Of a stretch of DNA of 56,067 nt, positions 50,089-56,067 are shown piece after piece. Positions within the stretch are counted from its first letter, which is position 1; each line of letters starts with the position of its first letter. The position numbers and the translations under genes were made by a program. A model generated the notes under the pieces. It was given only the letters and a program-made list of their open reading frames with translations. It did not search any database and was not told the DNA's origin. The DNA is from Chiloscyllium plagiosum (lineage: Eukaryota): contig NC_057750.1 in the NCBI RefSeq assembly GCF_004010195.1, positions 17,430,255 through 17,486,321 of the forward strand, read 5' to 3'.

Positions 50089-50533
50089 TTGCAAAACGAG
50101 ATCATTCGGAAGCAGGGATGTTTTCATTGTAACCAAAGGAGGGGCTGGGTGGAGCGCCAGCTCGTCCCTCTTCATCTGGGAGCCTAATGTTCGAGTTATC
50201 CCACCTCGAACCAAACCCTCACCTGGGGCTTAGCTGGAACAGAATGAGATCACCTGTGGGGAACACAGACCCCCTGGTTTTCTCAATCTCTCCTTGTACT
50301 GACAGCCCTGCCATTGCAGGCATTAGCCTGCTGAACATCCATTGGACTGTGTTTGTGATGAGTAAATCCCTCTGCCTATGAAGGGGACCCAAATTGCCCA
50401 GCTCACTACCTGTGCATACTCCCTGCTGTAACTCTAGTGGAGCATAAGGACTAGTGATGTGAGAAGGAAAAGGTGTGGAACAAAGACAAAATGTACAAAG
50501 TGTTTTCAGAGGTGTTGAATAAAGTATTTGATA

Positions 50534-50539
50534 TTTATT
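50534..50539 (-). terminator. Candidate polyadenylation signal AATAAA for the 50606-51262 gene
   Basis: Plus strand tttatt about 67 nt past the TAA stop, in an AT-rich short 3' UTR. Confidence 0.55.
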
Positions 50540-50605
50540 ATTAATAAAATATCCTAAATGCTTTGGATTGTGAATTAAATATGTTCTTTATCCTTAATAA
50601 ATTAT

Positions 50606-51262
50606 TTATACATCTATCCCATCCAGTGGCAGCACCTCCATCTCCTGGGCTGGATCAAGGCAGTTGGATGTACTGGAGGTGGACAGGAAGGACTCATATT
50701 CATCGTAACTCGTGTCTGCCTCTTTACTTTTGAAGCCCAAACTCAGTATAATTTTGTGGATGATCTCATCCAGAGCGTCTGCCGAGGGAACGTTTAGGTT
50801 TGAGCAGCTTGACATCCAGGCATCATGCTCCTCTGCGCTCTTCAGTAGCAGGTTGTTGGTCTCCGAGGAAACAAAGTCCTTCATGTCAATGCCCTTGACC
50901 AGCTCCTTGAAGTAGTGGGAGACTGAGATGCTGCCTTCCTTCGGGATCTGGGGCAGTGCCTCCTGCTGGGAGAACCTGGCCACCTCTCCCCGAAGCTGCT
51001 TGTCCTCCTTAAGGAAGTGCACGGGGTTCAAATGGGAGTCCAGTAACCGCTTCATCTGCAGGTAGAGCTGGGTCGGACCGTGGAGAGCAGCTAAGATCTC
51101 CTGTAGCTTCTCAATCTTCTGGATCCTCTCGCTCTCCACTTTCATCTTCAACGTATTAATCTTAGACTTCAGTTCGGTCAGGAGACTCGCCCCGACAGCA
51201 TCGATCATTGTCTTTGTGTCTTTGCAGGCGGACACTATGTCAGTTATTAACTTCTCAATCTC
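50606..51262 (-). CDS. Terminal coding exon (218 aa) of a probable TRIM/B-box coiled-coil protein with an acidic Ser-rich tail
   Basis: Open frame from EIEKLITDIVSACKD to PLDGIDV*, preceded by a pyrimidine-rich ...ctgtcccaacAG acceptor (phase 0). It has a heptad helical N-half and a 'VHFLKEDKQL' segment resembling TRIM coiled-coil ends, with AATAAA shortly after the stop. The family assignment is an inference. Confidence 0.75.
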   Translation of the reverse strand, partial: EIEKLITDIVSACKDTKTMIDAVGASLLTELKSKINTLKMKVESERIQKIEKLQEILAALHGPTQLYLQMKRLLDSHLNPVHFLKEDKQLRGEVARFSQQEALPQIPKEGSISVSHYFKELVKGIDMKDFVSSETNNLLLKSAEEHDAWMSSCSNLNVPSADALDEIIHKIILSLGFKSKEADTSYDEYESFLSTSSTSNCLDPAQEMEVLPLDGIDV

Positions 51263-51766
51263 CTGTTGGGACAGGGAAAGGAAATGATTGGAGAATAGAC
51301 CCGTACAGTGAAAGTGAGCAGCTAGAGACTGTGGATGCACAGTGATTGGCTGGACTCTCAATTGCAAGCTAATGACCATTTCCAGCAAGCAAGAATCAAA
51401 CAATTGTCCCCTGAAATGGAATGGCCTTACCTTCGCTGAATCTCCCATTGGCAAATAACATGGGAGTTGCCATTGATCAGAAACTGAACTGGATAATCCA
51501 GCGGCTACATCAGCAGGTCAGACGTCAGGGATCCACAAGAGGTAAGTGGCATGTAACTCACCCCTCCGCCCCCCCAAACCGACTCTCCCAAACCCTTTCC
51601 ACCATCTACAAGGCAACAAGTCATGAGTATGATGGAATACTAGGCGAAAGTGAGGACTGCAGAGCCTGGAGGGTCGGTGTGGACTTGTTGGGCCGAAGGG
51701 CCTGTTTCCACACTGTAAGTAATCTAATCTAATCTAATCTAAAAGTCATGAGTATGATGGAATACT

Positions 51767-52139
51767 AGGCGAAAGTGAGGACTGCAGAGCCTGGAGATTA
51801 GAGTCGAGAGTGTGGTGCTGGAAAAGCACAGCAGGCCAGCTCTTCCTGATGAAGAGCTTTTGCCCGAAACGTCGATCCTGCTCGAAAGCCGCCTGACCTG
51901 CTGTGCTTTTCCAGCACCACGCTCTCGACTCTGATAGAATGCTCCTCACTTGCCTGAATGAGTTCAGCTCCAACAACATTCAAAAAGATTCGACACCATC
52001 CATGACAGAGCAGCCTGGAGAAAGTGAGGGCTGCAGATGCTGGAGATCAGAGTTGAGAGTGTGCTGCTGGGAAAGCACAGCAGGTCAGGCAGCATCCGAG
52101 GAGCAGGAGAATCGACGTTTCAGGTGTAAGCCCTTCACA
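51767..52139. mobile_element. Two family-A hammerhead elements (51767-51931 palindromic; 52018-52139) inserted in an ancient LINE
   Basis: Core CTGATGAAGAGCTTTTGCCCGAAACGTC at about 51846-51873. Imperfect TSDs gatggaatact/gatagaatgct and acagagcagcctg/acaaagcagcctg. Confidence 0.75.
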
Positions 52140-53314
52140 ACAAAGCAGCCTGCTTGCTTAACACTACACCACCAACTTGACCATTTCCTTCACCACTGGC
52201 CCTCAGTAGCAGCAGTGTGTACCATCTACAAGATTCACAGCAACAATTCACCCAGACTTCTTCAGTACCTTCCCATGCCCCAATGTCAAAGATGCGTGGC
52301 AATAGCACCATCTGCAAATTCCTTGCCAACTCACACACCGTCCCGATTCCCTTCATGGGATGCGGGCATTGTTAGCTGGGCCAGCATTCATTACCCATCC
52401 CCCATTGCAATGGAGAAGGTGATGGTGAGCTACCTCTAGAGCTGCTGCAGTATATATGCTGTAGGTACATGCATGGTGCCACTCGGGAGAGAATTCCAGG
52501 ATCATGATCCCGTGGCAATGAAGGGCCGGCAATAGATTTCCAAATCAGGATGGTGAGTGGGTCAGAGGGAACTTGCAGCTGGTGGCGTGCCAGCATATCC
52601 AATGCTCTTGTCCTCCGAGATGGTAGTGGTTGTGGGTTTGGATGGTGCTGTTCCAAGGGCTATGGTGATTGGTAACCCCTGGGATTTTGATATTGAGGGA
52701 ATTCTGTGATGGTGATATCATTAAATGTCAAGGGGCAACGATTAGATTCTCTCTTGTTGGAGATGGTCATTGCATGGCACTTACTTACTTACCACTGCTG
52801 AGGAAGCATCACTGGTCTCAGAGCTCTGCTTTCTCCCACAGATGCTGCCAGGCCTGCTGAGTTTCTCCAGCAATTTCCGTTTTTGTGGGAAAAACATAAT
52901 TTAATTGTGCAAAGGGCTTTATGATCGAAGGTGGGAGCAGTCCCTTGGGATTGTTCTGCCATTCAGTTAGATCATTGCTGAGTTTAATCTTTACTTCAGT
53001 TTCCCACCTCACTTATAGAATCTTTAACCAAGTAACAATTTATTAACCCCTGTTTGAAATTTTCAATTGGCCACCGGTATTTCAGGGTGGGAGTTCCGGA
53101 TTTCCACTCCCCTTTGTGTGTAATCCTAATGTCCTTTAGGGAAGGAAACTGCCATCCTTACCCAGTTCAGCCTACACGTGACTCCAGACCCACAGCAATG
53201 TGGTTGACTCTTAATTGCCTTCTGGGCAATTAGGGATGGGCAATAAGTGCTGACCTGGCCAGTGATGCCCTTATTTCCCGTGAATGAATAATAATATAGT
53301 GTTTCCTGACATCA

Positions 53315-53553
53315 ACTGTGTGGAGTTTGCACATTCTCCCCGTGTCTGCGTGGGTTTCCTCCGGGTGTTCTGGTTTCCTCCCGCAGTCCAAAAATGTGCA
53401 GGTTAGGTGAATTGGCCTTGCTAAATTGCCCGTAATGTTAGGTGAAGGGGCAAATGTAGGATAATGGGTCTGGGTGGGTTACTCTTCAGCGGGTCAGTGT
53501 GGACTTGTTGGGCCGAAGGGCCTGTTTCCACCCTGTAAATAATCCAATCTAAT
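53315..53553 (+). mobile_element. HE1 V-SINE, 5'-truncated
   Basis: V-domain and tail. Confidence 0.88.
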
Positions 53554-53796
53554 TTCTGAATGGTGCTGCTTGCTTGTTAAAGAAACGAGAATGGCAGGGG
53601 AGATTTAACGTGATGTGCAAATGAAACGGGGTGATGTGAGAAAAGAAGTGAAGGATTAGTGTGTGGAATTCACTGTTCTCGAAAGGTACTGGGGACAGGT
53701 TCAAACTGAAACATTCAACAGGGCATTGGACTGTCGGTTGAACAGTAATGGTCTGCGTGGATATGCAGAAAAGGCAGGAGATTGGCACTCAATAAT

Positions 53797-54035
53797 TAGA
53801 TTAGATTAGATTACTTACAGTGTGGAAACAGGCCCTTCGGCCCAACAAGTCCNNNNNNNNNNNNNNNNNNNNNNNNNNNNNNNNNNNNNNNNNNNNNNNN
53901 NNNNNNNNNNNNNNNNNNNNNNNNNNNNNNNNNNNNNNNNNNNNNNNNNNNNNNNNNNNNNNNNNNNNNNNNNNNNAACCCGGGTCTCTGGCGCTGTGAG
54001 GCAGCAGTGCTAACCACTGTGCCACCGTGCCGCCC
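53797..54035 (-). mobile_element. HE1 V-SINE spanning the N gap at 53853-53976
   Basis: Tail (TAGAT)n on the left and head gtgccaccgtgccgccc on the right. Confidence 0.85.
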
Positions 54036-55062
54036 AGTAATAGAGCTAGTGTAGGCACGATGGGCCCAATGGCCTTCTCCTGCACTGTAATGATGCTGTG
54101 AATTTTAAGGCCCTACCCCACCATCCCTGCACTCATCACAGGAGTTCACATCTCGATGTTCGACTCCATCAAAGCCCTCCATCATCTTGAGCCCTGCATT
54201 TAGATCGGCCTTTCATTGGCGCCACCCTCCTTATTCGGATGGTGATGGATGAGGGACTGCTCCGTGTTCTTCACAAATCCGAGAGCTGTCAGCATCTGCC
54301 CAAGCGGACATGTGTCTGATTTCTCTGTTTAGCAGCAACACAGCGGTGGTTTGATGCAGACTTTGGTATTTAGCTGCATTGGTGAGTTCACCAGCAACAG
54401 GAGCCCTGAGGACATTCCGTGGGTGGGTTTAGTCATGACTCATGAACCGTATCTCATGACAAAAGATTTCCCCCCTCGAGATGCTGGAAAGAGCACTGAA
54501 AGGTGAGTCAATGTTATTAAATGGTTGAGTATCTGAATGCTGTTCAACTGTGTCCTGTGATTACCCTGCAATTAAGCATATTGTGTGATTAATTGCTCTC
54601 CATTGAAATGAATGGGGCTGCTCTCCCAATCACTGACTTGTGTAATTTAAATCAGTATTGAGTGAATCAGAGCTTCCCTCATGGCCTAGTGCCAAGCCAC
54701 CTGTACGAGAGAGTACCGATGTCAGCCCTGGGCAGGGATTGCACATCTCTTCCTCGTTCTGTTGTCATGGGGGCTGAAATGAAGCGGGTGTGACACTCTG
54801 ATGTTGACTTGGACTGCCATTCCAGGTGATCCTGTACAGGGGAGAGTGGTCCCCACCATCTGGGATCTGGTATGACCAGGTCAGCACTGCAGGACGAGGA
54901 GGATCCGAGAGGTTTTCACCGTAATATCGACAATCAGTTTGAGGATTCTGTTTGATTTGCACATGGTACATTTTAGCTTGAAGTACTTTATTTGTTCTTC
55001 CTTTAAATTTCAAGAGCGGCGCAGACGCTTAGTGCGGAGGATCACAATGGGGTGTCTGTGCA

Positions 55063-56067
55063 AGGGTCTCACTGTGTCCCCTCAGTGAGGGGTCTCACTG
55101 TGTCCTCTCAGTGTGGGGTCTCACTGTGTCCCCTCAGTGTGGGGTCTCACTGTGTTCCCTCAGTGTGGGGTCTCATTGTGTCCCCTCAGTGTGGGGACTC
55201 ACTGTGGTCCCCTCAGTGTGGGGTCTCACTGTGTCCCCTCAGTGTGGGGTCTCACTGTGGTCCCTCAGTGTGGTCCCTCACTGTGGTCCCTCAGTGTGGG
55301 GTCTCACTGTGTCCCCTCAGTGTGGTCCCTCAGTGTGGGGTCTCACTGTGTCCCCTCAGTGTGGGGTCTCACTGTGGTCCCTCAGTGTGGGGTCTCACTG
55401 TGGTCCCTCAGTGTGGGGTCTCACTGTGTCCCCTCAGTGTGGGGTCTCACTGTGGTCCCTCAGTGTGGGGTCTCACTGTGTCCCCAAAGTGTGGGGACTC
55501 ACTGTGTCCCCTCAGTGTGGGGTCTCATTGTGTCCCCTCAGTGTGGGGTCTCACTGTGGTCCCTCAGTGTGGGGTCTCACTGTGTCCCCTCAGTGTGGGG
55601 TCTCACTGTGGCCCCTCAGTGTGGGATCTCACTGTGGCCCCTCAGTGTGGGATCTCACTGTGGCCCCTCAGTGTGGGATCTCACTGTGGCCCCTCAGTGT
55701 GGGATCTCACTGTGGCCCCTCAGTGTGGGATCTCACTGTGGCCCCTCAGTGTGGGATCTCACTGTGGCCCCTCAGTGTGGGATCTCACTGTGGCCCCTCA
55801 GTGTGGGATCTCACTGTGGCCCCTCAGTGTGGGATCTCACTGTGGCCCCTCAGTGTGGGATCTCACTGTGGCCCCTCAGTGTGGGATCTCACTGTGGCCC
55901 CTCAGTGTGGGATCTCACTGTGGCCCCTCAGTGTGGGATCTCACTGTGGCCCCTCAGTGTGGGATCTCACTGTGGCCCCTCAGTGTGGGATCTCACTGTG
56001 GCCCCTCAGTGTGGGATCTCACTGTGGCCCCTCAGTGTGGGGTCTCACTGTGGCCCCTCAGTGTGGG
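55063..56067. repeat. 26-bp minisatellite, at least 38 copies, running off the window end
   Basis: Unit ggggtctcactgtgtcccctcagtgt. A variant gggatctcactgtggcccctcagtgt is homogeneous at about 55620-56035. Confidence 0.96.

Noticed and set aside
51263..51454. N-terminal 64 aa of the 282-aa ORF
   Set aside because: This segment lies upstream of a strong splice acceptor and overlaps an old LINE relic, so it is probably intronic read-through.
54100..55030. Upstream exons of the TRIM-like gene
   Set aside because: The sequence is unique, but I could not identify a B-box/RING pattern or a convincing splice-bounded frame by eye.

Overview
Repeat-rich vertebrate genomic DNA from a draft assembly with four N gaps. 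It is almost certainly from a shark or ray, because it carries many HE1-type V-SINEs, HER1/CR1 LINEs and SacSINE1-like Deu-SINEs. Two host genes are visible, both on the minus strand. The first is a SNAP25-family SNARE gene with exon 4 (16070-16118) and two tandem, intact 118-nt exon-5 copies (4492-4609, a-like; 4005-4122, b-like); both copies keep five cysteines. The second is the terminal coding exon of a probable TRIM/coiled-coil gene (50606-51262). The rest is nested CR1, Tx1/L1, Gypsy and Penelope fragments, SINEs, four large minisatellites and an interstitial telomeric array embedded in a CR1 relic. Two signals stand out. One is the SNAP25 5a/5b-like mutually exclusive exon pair in a cartilaginous fish. 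The other is at least five sequence families of short Penelope-linked elements, often palindromic and often flanked by 10-14 bp TSDs, each carrying a minimal hammerhead ribozyme with a self-complementary stem III. All calls were made by eye; family names are recalled from memory and need database confirmation.
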